This document shows, one piece after another, positions 15,632 to 22,848 of a stretch of 32,000 bases of DNA. The notes below the pieces were generated by a model. It made no database searches. It was given only the letters and a program-made list of their open reading frames with translations, and was not told where the DNA came from. Position 1 is the stretch's first letter; every line of letters starts with the position of its first letter. Source of the stretch: Erysipelotrichaceae bacterium MTC7 (GTDB taxonomy: Bacteria > Bacillota_I > Bacilli_A > Erysipelotrichales > Erysipelotrichaceae); NCBI GenBank assembly GCA_001695645.1, contig LVZN01000078.1, positions 61,609 to 93,608 of the forward strand, written 5' to 3'. The translations under genes were made by a program, and so were the position numbers.

Positions 15632-16552
15632 GTGATGAGACATGATAAACGCTGGTTGAATATAAAACTTCAGCTAGTTTTATGGTTGCACAAGATAGTG
15701 AATGCTGCTGTTATGGTTGGGTGTATCATCATGCTTGTATTTGGTGCCTATTCCTTATGGGATAATAACCAGATCATCTTTTCAGCCAGTGCTAAGCAGT
15801 ATGAAACATACAAGCCTACAGTGAAACAACATTACAATTTCGACGAACTAAAGATGATAAATGATGATGTGTTTGCTTGGTTGTCTGTATATGGGACACA
15901 AATCGATTATCCTGTTGTACAAGCAAAAGATAATCAACAGTACATGCAAACCAATCCACTTGGTGAACCTTCACCAAGTGGGTCCATCTTCTTGGATGCA
16001 AGAAATAGACGTGATTTCACTGATTTTAATCATCTGATTTATGGGCATCATATGGCACAAGATGCCATGTTTGGAAACCTTGATACCTTTATGGATGCGG
16101 ATGTATTTAAAAAGCATCGCTATGGTATGTTGTATCATGACGGACGTACATATGGACTTACATTTGTCGCTTTCTTACAGGTGGATGCGTATGATGGAAC
16201 GTTGTATCAACCTGCTTTGAAAAGCGCAGAGCATAAAGAAAACTATCTTCGTTATCTAAAAAAGAAAGCGATTCACTATCGCGAGTTAAATCTGCATATT
16301 GACGACCATTTGGTTTTGTTGAGTACATGTTCAAGTGAAATGACAAATGGACGTTATGTACTGGTTGGGAAAATTAGCGATGATGTACAAGATGATCCGT
16401 TTATCCAGGATAAACAAGACCCAAGTATGGCACAATTCAAAAATAAAACACATCTAAAGATTCCAATTCCATGGTGTTTTGGTTTCTGTTTCCTACTAAT
16501 CTTATTGCTGTTAGTCTTTCGTTTTCGAAAAAAAGAACAAGAGACAAAGTAG
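15632..16552 (+). CDS. Class B sortase (pilus-specific) with an extra C-terminal TM segment
   Basis: N-terminal TM helix, then NFDELKMINDDVFAWLSVYGTQIDYPVVQAKDNQQYM, catalytic His in LIYGHHM, Cys in LVLLSTCSS and Arg in NGRYVLVG. The start could be GTG 15632 or ATG 15635, and the SD is weak. Confidence 0.88.
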   Translation: MMRHDKRWLNIKLQLVLWLHKIVNAAVMVGCIIMLVFGAYSLWDNNQIIFSASAKQYETYKPTVKQHYNFDELKMINDDVFAWLSVYGTQIDYPVVQAKDNQQYMQTNPLGEPSPSGSIFLDARNRRDFTDFNHLIYGHHMAQDAMFGNLDTFMDADVFKKHRYGMLYHDGRTYGLTFVAFLQVDAYDGTLYQPALKSAEHKENYLRYLKKKAIHYRELNLHIDDHLVLLSTCSSEMTNGRYVLVGKISDDVQDDPFIQDKQDPSMAQFKNKTHLKIPIPWCFGFCFLLILLLLVFRFRKKEQETK

Positions 16553-16985
16553 TAATTCGTAATTGTTGCATGTATACAAAGTGAACTATATGTAAAATAC
16601 AAATAAAAAATGCAAACGATTTATATAAAAAGATAACCATTTTTCAAATAAATGATGTATAATGAATGACGGTAGGATGTGCTTGCATCATAATAAGCAT
16701 GGATAAGCCGTGTATAAATGGATATGAAATGTATCGTAGGTTGTAGCCTTGCGATTCTAGGTTTGTATAAATTGAATAGCAACGATTGATAATTGTGGAG
16801 AGTTATCAATGATGTAAGCTAATTGTATTTTATGCAAAAGAGAGAGAAAAACAAAATTACAAAAGAGAAAAGTAAAAACGAATTAGGGTGTAAAAAAGTA
16901 GGAAGTAAAAACCTGAGATGCGTTTTGGTTTGACCTAGGTAAATCGTAGGGATAACATACAATGATATATGTATACAAATTGAAA

Positions 16986-17010
16986 GACAGTCAGAGATGA
17001 CTGTTTTTTT
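16986..17010 (+). terminator. Intrinsic terminator inside the sortase-vWA spacer
   Basis: GACAGTCA-GAGA-TGACTGT followed by a T7 run. Confidence 0.7.
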
Positions 17011-17123
17011 GTGTCGTTAGTAAGTTATTCGAATGAGTTGTGATATTAATGATGTAATGATACCATTTTATTGGATAATTATACTTGTGTGTGAAGGTAT
17101 AGCCATTACAGGGAGAAGAATGG

Positions 17124-19325
17124 ATGGAAAAGTCAAAACAAAACAATAATGACCAAAACAACTGGAAAATAGATCCGAATCGTGCCAAATTTCGTCTATC
17201 GATGATGACGCTTTTTTTGGTGTTTTTAACGTTCAGTTTGTTGCAAATTGACTCGCAAGTTCATTTGCCAAGCCATTATATTGAAACCAATGTCGCAAAT
17301 GATTACACACATCAAATATCACATTTAAGTACGTATGATGATAATGAACATGTACTTTCTGTCGGTAGTGAGGTGGATTTCGTTCGCTCTGTTAACCGTG
17401 GACTTGCAAGTATTGCCCAAGGAGAGGCAACCGCAAGTAAATATACGGTAATTGACTCAGAAAAAGATGGTAAAGATGGAATTATCAAATCCATTTTTGA
17501 TGTCGCGGGAAAACCGGTCACTTACCAACAAGACGTGTTATTTGTTTTGGATTCCTCTAGTTCAATGAATATGTGGTCAAAACCAGAACACTCTGCAAAG
17601 ACAATTCACTGCCTCAATGCAAATCACTACTATAGAATTCCAGCAAAAACGTTTATAAACACGAGCGATAAAGACATCTTTTTTCATCCAAGTGATGAAT
17701 TTGGTTCCGTTATATGGGAGAATATTTCACAAGAGCAATGGCGAAGTTTTATGAACGAGTATGGATTGGAAGTTCGTGAAGTAAGTCGTGGGATGATTGA
17801 ATTGTGGAATCCGGTTGGAAATCATTATAAAAAAGAAGAGGGTGCATATGTACATTTACCTGTCGATGAAAAAATGCTCGAAAAAGCAAGTTTTGCGACA
17901 CCTGGGGTAAATGCACACGATTGTACGGATCGCTTAACAACAGCGAAATCATCCATTCAAGCATTGATGCGAAGAATTTTAAAAGCAGGAGAAGGAAACC
18001 GAATTGGGTTGATTGACTTTGCTGCAGATCATCTTGACTACACGTCGTTTACCGATTCGTATGCCGATTTGATTCAGGGACTTAAAAATACGCACAGTGA
18101 TTTCGATGGAGATACGGATCAATTGTTTAACTTTGTTAAAGAACTTGTACACAAACAACAATCAGAAAATATACCATTGAAGATCATTTTGGTGACCGAT
18201 GGAGCAACGGACAAAGATGCTTCGTCCATTGGTATTATTAATGAAATCAAAGCACACAAGGATGTGGAAATATTTTCGACCGGGATTCATATTCATAACG
18301 AGGCATTTCTAAGAGAGTTTGCATCAAGTCAAGATCACTTTATGAATACCACAAATGAAAAAAGTTTTGTGGATTACTTTAAAGGTTTGACAACAGAGCT
18401 GGTTGCGGAGCCAAATGTGAATCTAGCATTCAACACAATGCCAGCATTCTCATTGTATTGTGATAAAGAACACCCCATTACAATCGGGGATAAAATCTAC
18501 ACGAACATTGATGAAGTTCCTAGTTCATTGTTGGAAGTGTCGGCGGATGAAACCCATTATAAATGGAACATTGGTGCAATCGGACTAGAAGGACGACGTT
18601 TCTCGTTTTATACAAAAATGGATGAAGAGGTTCGCTTTGCAAATCCAGGTAGCAAACAATATTCCACCACAGATATCGCGCGCTTGCATTATCGCCAACT
18701 AACAGCAAGCTTACAAAGTGTGGCGGCAGGTAGTGAAGTCATACAGCCAGTAAAACAACCAAAAGAAGTGCTTGTCGAAAACAGCTTTATCTCAACTGAG
18801 AAATCCATCAAACGTGTTGATGGGTTGGATATCACTTATGAAATTCGAGTTTTCAACCACGGAAATTTAGACCTAAAAGATGTCAAAATACGCGATATCA
18901 TTCCAGAAGGTGTGTACCACAAAGATGGAGGTAAGCCGTCGAAACGAAATTCCTTTGTAGATTTTACCATTCGTCAAATTAAAGGAGGTAATACGTATAC
19001 AATTACCTATGTTGGTCGTGTGTTTCCGACCGAGTTGGCAGATAGTTTAGCTTTAAAACAAGGTCAAGCCATCTTATTATCAGGACAAAGTTTAGATGTG
19101 CCGATCGCAAACTATCAACTTGCAACCAGTGGTGTAAAAATCAAAGGATACCAAGCACAAGGTCAAGCAAGTGCAGCAACGACGATTGTACTTAGTCATG
19201 AATACGTATATCCAGAGCATACACGCAATTTATTTTTGGCGGAAGTATTTGGTTTTGTAACGATTGTTTTAGGCGTTATTTTATTTAGAATACGCAAGGT
19301 AAAACGTATCGCGATTGAAGAATAA
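17124..19325 (+). CDS. vWA (MIDAS) domain surface/membrane protein with a DUF11-like domain and C-terminal TM anchor
   Basis: SD GGGAG lies 8 nt upstream and there is an N-terminal signal/anchor FRLSMMTLFLVFLTFSLLQ. MIDAS is VLFVLDSSSSMN, with RIGLIDFA and IILVTDGATD. The DUF11-like segment is ITYEIRVFNHGNLDLKDVKIRDIIPEGV. The C-terminus is FLAEVFGFVTIVLGVILF plus RIRKVKR. Confidence 0.8.
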   Translation: MEKSKQNNNDQNNWKIDPNRAKFRLSMMTLFLVFLTFSLLQIDSQVHLPSHYIETNVANDYTHQISHLSTYDDNEHVLSVGSEVDFVRSVNRGLASIAQGEATASKYTVIDSEKDGKDGIIKSIFDVAGKPVTYQQDVLFVLDSSSSMNMWSKPEHSAKTIHCLNANHYYRIPAKTFINTSDKDIFFHPSDEFGSVIWENISQEQWRSFMNEYGLEVREVSRGMIELWNPVGNHYKKEEGAYVHLPVDEKMLEKASFATPGVNAHDCTDRLTTAKSSIQALMRRILKAGEGNRIGLIDFAADHLDYTSFTDSYADLIQGLKNTHSDFDGDTDQLFNFVKELVHKQQSENIPLKIILVTDGATDKDASSIGIINEIKAHKDVEIFSTGIHIHNEAFLREFASSQDHFMNTTNEKSFVDYFKGLTTELVAEPNVNLAFNTMPAFSLYCDKEHPITIGDKIYTNIDEVPSSLLEVSADETHYKWNIGAIGLEGRRFSFYTKMDEEVRFANPGSKQYSTTDIARLHYRQLTASLQSVAAGSEVIQPVKQPKEVLVENSFISTEKSIKRVDGLDITYEIRVFNHGNLDLKDVKIRDIIPEGVYHKDGGKPSKRNSFVDFTIRQIKGGNTYTITYVGRVFPTELADSLALKQGQAILLSGQSLDVPIANYQLATSGVKIKGYQAQGQASAATTIVLSHEYVYPEHTRNLFLAEVFGFVTIVLGVILFRIRKVKRIAIEE

Positions 19326-19332
19326 ATATGCA

Positions 19333-19362
19333 AAAAGGTACCACATCAGCGGTGCCTTTTTT
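19333..19362 (+). terminator. Terminator after the vWA gene
   Basis: AAAAGGTACC-N8-GGTGCCTTTT (one G.U pair) followed by a T run. Confidence 0.75.
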
Positions 19363-19521
19363 GCATGAATGATGGAAATTTATGTGTTATGGGGAAGGTT
19401 TCTTCTTATGTTATAATAAATATCAAGTAAATTTACGCACAAAACCCTGGTTTCAATGGTATACTAATAAATGATAGTAATTTTGGTTTTTCTACATAAA
19501 CTAGAATATAAGGGGTAACAA

Positions 19522-20265
19522 ATGAAAGATGATATTAATCTAGCTTTATTGATTGATGCCGACAATGTCTCGGCAAAGTATATTGGTTATATCATGGAGG
19601 AGATTCCAAACTATGGTTTGCCTACGCACAAGCGTATCTATGGTGATTGGACGGATTCTCACATGAATAAATGGAAGGATGTACTCTTAGAGTATTCCAT
19701 CCAACCAATCCAACAGTATTCGTATACCGTTGGAAAAAATGCAACGGACTCAGCATTAATTATTGATGCGATGGACATTTTATATGAAGATCGTGTGGAT
19801 GGTTTTTGCATCATTAGTAGCGATAGTGATTTTACAAGGTTGGCTGCACGGTTACGTGAAGCAGGTAAAATCGTGATTGGCGTTGGGGAAAAGAAAACCC
19901 CAAGACCATTTATCGTCGCTTGTGAAAAATTCATTTATCTAGAAACATTATCTAGTTCACATGAAGCAAGTGATGAGGCTGCACAAAAACGGATCGTAAG
20001 TAGCCAAGACGATATCCGTTGGTTAACGAAACAAGTTCGTGCTATTATTAAAGATATTTCAGATGATGACGGTTGGGCTAACATGTCATCACTTGGTAAT
20101 ATGTTAAGTAAAAGATTTCCTGATTTCGATACGCGGAACTATGGTTATTCAAAATTAACCCCACTAATCGAATCGCTAACAAGTTTTGAAATTCAATCCA
20201 TTCGTGCGAAAGACTCACATGTGGAACACAAACTTGTTCGCTATAAAGGAAAACGAAGTAAGTAG
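19522..20265 (+). CDS. NYN (LabA-like, PIN-fold nuclease) domain protein with a C-terminal OST-HTH/LOTUS domain
   Basis: LALLIDADNVSAKYI, KRIYGDWTD and FCIISSDSDFTRLAARLREAGKIVIGVGEKKTP give the NYN domain. The C-terminal GWANMSSLGNMLSKRFPDFDTRNYGYSKLTPLIESL gives the OST-HTH domain. Confidence 0.85.
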   Translation: MKDDINLALLIDADNVSAKYIGYIMEEIPNYGLPTHKRIYGDWTDSHMNKWKDVLLEYSIQPIQQYSYTVGKNATDSALIIDAMDILYEDRVDGFCIISSDSDFTRLAARLREAGKIVIGVGEKKTPRPFIVACEKFIYLETLSSSHEASDEAAQKRIVSSQDDIRWLTKQVRAIIKDISDDDGWANMSSLGNMLSKRFPDFDTRNYGYSKLTPLIESLTSFEIQSIRAKDSHVEHKLVRYKGKRSK

Positions 20266-20284
20266 AAGTATGAGGGCGGTACAT

Positions 20285-21511
20285 ATGGAAGAAATGAAAA
20301 GTAAAATTGAACAAATTAAACAAGATGCAACAAGTGTGCAAGAAAAAAAGGAAGCGCTAATTCAACTTGGTAAAGAAATGATCCAAGAAGAAAAAGGGCT
20401 TGTTAGTGATGTTCAAGATACATTGCACAGCACATGGGACGAATTAAAGGATGATCAAATTCCTGGACACATTAACTTGCAATTAGAAAATGAGTTCCGT
20501 CAAACCATGAAGAACTTAAGCAAAGAAATTAGCCGTAATGAATTCCAATTAGAAGGAAAAAACGCGAAAGAAGAAATTCTAGAACATATGGAAGAACTAA
20601 AAGCTTCCACTTCTTGGAAAGAAGTTATGGGAAAACTATACGCATTTAAAGATAAATGGGCAGATTTGCCGTATGCAGGTAAAGAAGTCGATGCTGAACT
20701 TTCAAGAAAATTTGATGATACATTTAATGAAATTATGTCTAAAAAAGACGAATTCTTTAGTCGTTTAGACGAAGCAAAAGATGAAGCACGTGCGAAGAAA
20801 CAAGATTTAATCAACCGTGCAAAAAAAGCAAGTCAATCAACGCAATGGAAAGAAACTTCAAAAGAAATGAAGACTTTGATGGATGAATGGAAAACATCAG
20901 GAAATATCAACAAAGAAGAGAACGATCAACTTTGGGAAGAATTTAACGATGCTAGACAAGCATTCTATCAAGCACAAGCTATATTCTTTGAAGAACGTGA
21001 TAAGCAACAAGAACAAGCAAAAGTAAAAAAAGAAGAATTGGTTGGTCAAGCACAAGAATTGTCACTAAGTGAAGACTATAAAGAAACTTCACAAAAAATG
21101 CGTGACTTGATGACTGAATGGAAAGCTGCTGGTTTTGCTGGTAAAGATATTGATAACGAGTTGTGGGATGCATTTGCAACAGCAAGAAATACATTCTTCC
21201 AACGTCAAGATGAATACTACCAAGAGAAAAAAGGGCAATTCCGCAGTAAACTAGAAGATGGAATCAACCGTCGTAAAAAACAACTTGATGATTTAACAGC
21301 CATCAACCAAGATCTTGAAAGAGAAATTGGTGAAATTCGTGGATTAGATGCACCGATGGGTAACCAAGACAATCGTTGGGAAATCATGAACGATAGAAAT
21401 AAAGAAATCGAAAAATTACAGTCTTACATCGATGAAAACTTGAAGAAAATTTCTGGAATTCGTACAGAACTTAACGATATGTTAAAGAAGATTGAAGACG
21501 TAAAAGAGTAG
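20285..21511 (+). CDS. DUF349 repeat protein (coiled-coil rich)
   Basis: I moved the start to ATG 20285 (GAGGG 8 nt upstream; ATG 20270 is an alternative). There are at least three repeats of W(K/E)E..K.....L..EWK..G......D..LW..F...R..F. Confidence 0.8.
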   Translation: MEEMKSKIEQIKQDATSVQEKKEALIQLGKEMIQEEKGLVSDVQDTLHSTWDELKDDQIPGHINLQLENEFRQTMKNLSKEISRNEFQLEGKNAKEEILEHMEELKASTSWKEVMGKLYAFKDKWADLPYAGKEVDAELSRKFDDTFNEIMSKKDEFFSRLDEAKDEARAKKQDLINRAKKASQSTQWKETSKEMKTLMDEWKTSGNINKEENDQLWEEFNDARQAFYQAQAIFFEERDKQQEQAKVKKEELVGQAQELSLSEDYKETSQKMRDLMTEWKAAGFAGKDIDNELWDAFATARNTFFQRQDEYYQEKKGQFRSKLEDGINRRKKQLDDLTAINQDLEREIGEIRGLDAPMGNQDNRWEIMNDRNKEIEKLQSYIDENLKKISGIRTELNDMLKKIEDVKE

Positions 21512-21537
21512 TTCTTAGTAAAGAACTGCTTTTTTTT
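21508..21537 (+). terminator. Terminator after the DUF349 gene
   Basis: GTAGTTCTT-AGTA-AAGAACTGC followed by a T8 run. Confidence 0.75.
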
Positions 21538-21563
21538 AAAAAAACTTAACAAAAAAGAAAGAA

Positions 21564-21579
21564 TATATTATATAATATA
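21564..21579. promoter_or_regulatory. Perfect 16-bp AT palindrome over the putative -10 of marR (candidate autoregulatory operator)
   Basis: TATATTATATAATATA equals its own reverse complement. It contains TATAAT and lies about 25 nt upstream of the marR start. Confidence 0.5.
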
Positions 21580-21604
21580 GTTGTAAAGTAGAGGAGATAT
21601 GATT

Positions 21605-22033
21605 ATGAAAACAGTTGTAGTAATAGAGAAAATTGAAAACATGATTCGTGCAATTCAAGCTAGTATTCAAAGAGCGATGAAATCATACTATGCAGAAACT
21701 GGATTGAGTAAAACACATACGCTTGTGCTTCGCGAGGTTCGTACATGTGAACCCATTACGTTAAATGAATTATCAAGTAACTTGTCGAAAGTGCCTGCCA
21801 ATATGTCAATTACAGTGAGTGAATTGGAAGATCAAGGATATTTAGAACGTGAACGTTTTGTTGATGATCGTCGTGTTACAAAAATTCGTCTAACTGAAAA
21901 AGGTGCTGAAGCAGTGAATTTATTCGATACGTACATGGAAAAAAACCTTCACGAAATGATCGAAGACGAAAAAACGTTAAAAGATATTCTTGAAAAACTT
22001 GAAAGTGTATACGAAAAAGTTAAAAAGTATTAG
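21605..22033 (+). CDS. MarR-family transcriptional regulator
   Basis: Winged HTH: LSKTHTLVLREVRTCEPITLNELSSNLSKVPANMSITVSELEDQGYLERERFVDDRRVTKIRLTEKG. ATG 21605 is preferred (GAGGAG 8 nt upstream) over ATG 21599 (2 nt). Confidence 0.85.
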   Translation: MKTVVVIEKIENMIRAIQASIQRAMKSYYAETGLSKTHTLVLREVRTCEPITLNELSSNLSKVPANMSITVSELEDQGYLERERFVDDRRVTKIRLTEKGAEAVNLFDTYMEKNLHEMIEDEKTLKDILEKLESVYEKVKKY

Positions 22034-22213
22034 CAGTGTTTTGTTGCATCGACCATAAGACTTCATATTGAAAAAGGTTGTAAAATGGTTTATGATACAT
22101 TTATGGATATATAAGTATCCATGCTGCAAGCACTTGTAGACGTTCATATGAGACCGCCCCTCCAAAATGGTTTTATATGCGCGAATAGGAGTGTGAGAAC
22201 TTTTCTCTTTTGG

Positions 22214-22244
22214 GAAGACAGCAAAGCTGTCTTTTCTTTTTTTA
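22214..22244 (+). terminator. Intrinsic terminator about 180 nt downstream of marR
   Basis: GAAGACAGC-AAA-GCTGTCTTT followed by TCTTTTTTTATT. Confidence 0.6.
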
Positions 22245-22295
22245 TTGTTGAAAAGGTGTAAACTATATGCTATGATTATCTAGCAGTAAAATTGT

Positions 22296-22369
22296 AGGGG
22301 CATGGTCCAATGGTATGATAACGGTCTCCAAAACCGCTGATGGGAGTTCGATTCTCTCTGCCCCTGCCA
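22296..22369 (+). tRNA. tRNA-Trp (anticodon CCA), CCA encoded
   Basis: Acceptor stem AGGGGCA/TGCCCCT, anticodon loop CTCCAAA and T-loop TTCGATT. Confidence 0.95.
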
Positions 22370-22380
22370 GTTATAAACAA

Positions 22381-22405
22381 AGTCTGAATGTTCAGGCTTT
22401 TTTTA
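22381..22405 (+). terminator. Terminator after tRNA-Trp
   Basis: AGTCTG-AATGTT-CAGGCT followed by a T7 run. Confidence 0.65.
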
Positions 22406-22451
22406 TTCGTATCTTAGCGTTAGGCTGTGATATAATAAGTTACGGAATCAA

Positions 22452-22528
22452 GCGTTCGTGGCGCAGTTGGATAGCGCACTCGACTCCGACTCGAGAGGTC
22501 GCAGGTTCGAATCCTGTCGAGCGCACCA
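22452..22528 (+). tRNA. tRNA-Arg (anticodon CCG), CCA encoded
   Basis: Acceptor stem GCGTTCG/CGAGCGC, anticodon stem CTCGA/TCGAG with loop CTCCGAC, and T-loop TTCGAAT. Confidence 0.95.
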
Positions 22529-22537
22529 TAGAAATAC

Positions 22538-22567
22538 AACACCGAATATTTGTTTGGTGTTTTTTTT
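22538..22567 (+). terminator. Terminator after tRNA-Arg
   Basis: AACACCGAA-N6-TTTGGTGTT followed by a T run. Confidence 0.65.
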
Positions 22568-22604
22568 ATATTCTTGCTTTTTATGCGTACTTGATTTACG
22601 ATAA

Positions 22605-22692
22605 TGATGCGGGGGGACTCTTTGGAGTTGAGAAGGTAAAACCTGACCCTTTGAACCTGTTGGTTAAGACCAACGTAGGGAGCAATCAATAC
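22605..22692 (+). promoter_or_regulatory. TPP (THI-box) riboswitch aptamer
   Basis: GGGG...GAGTTGAGA...ACCCTTTGAACCTGTTGGTTAAGACCAACGTAGGGA matches the conserved THI-element core (CUGAGA / ACCCUUUGAACCUGAUCUGGAUAAUGCCAGCGUAGGGA). Confidence 0.88.
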
Positions 22693-22709
22693 AAAGAAGG
22701 TATTTGATC

Positions 22710-22743
22710 AGGACGCTCCATTTTTGAAGCGTCCTCTTTTTTA
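22710..22743 (+). terminator. Expression-platform terminator of the TPP riboswitch
   Basis: AGGACGCT-N10-AGCGTCCT followed by CTTTTTTATT. Confidence 0.8.
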
Positions 22744-22848
22744 TTCATTGTTTGTTGCTACAACGAAAGGCTTCCGCATATGCGAGGTCTTTTTCTTTTT
22801 GCATATGCGAAATCTGGTTGTGATTGCTTGATGATACAAGGAGGTAAG

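Noticed and set aside
16832-16933. A 33-codon Lys-rich ORF (MQKREKNKITKEKSKNELGCKKVGSKNLRCVLV) in the pilus-islet spacer.
   Set aside because: There is no Shine-Dalgarno upstream, and the composition merely reflects the A/G-rich tract. It is more likely non-coding.
21977-22165. A minus-strand ORF (56 aa from an internal ATG preceded by GGAGGGG) with a hydrophobic C-terminus. I considered it as a type I toxin-like peptide antisense to the marR 3' end.
   Set aside because: The hydrophobic F/K/N-rich half is simply the antisense reading of AT-rich marR codons. I found no promoter or terminator for a minus-strand transcript. It is kept only as a remote possibility.
22315-22707. A 130-aa plus-strand ORF, with a 89-aa minus-strand ORF at 22420-22689.
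   Set aside because: They run through tRNA-Trp, tRNA-Arg, two terminators and the TPP riboswitch. The ORF is an accident of stop-codon-free RNA genes.
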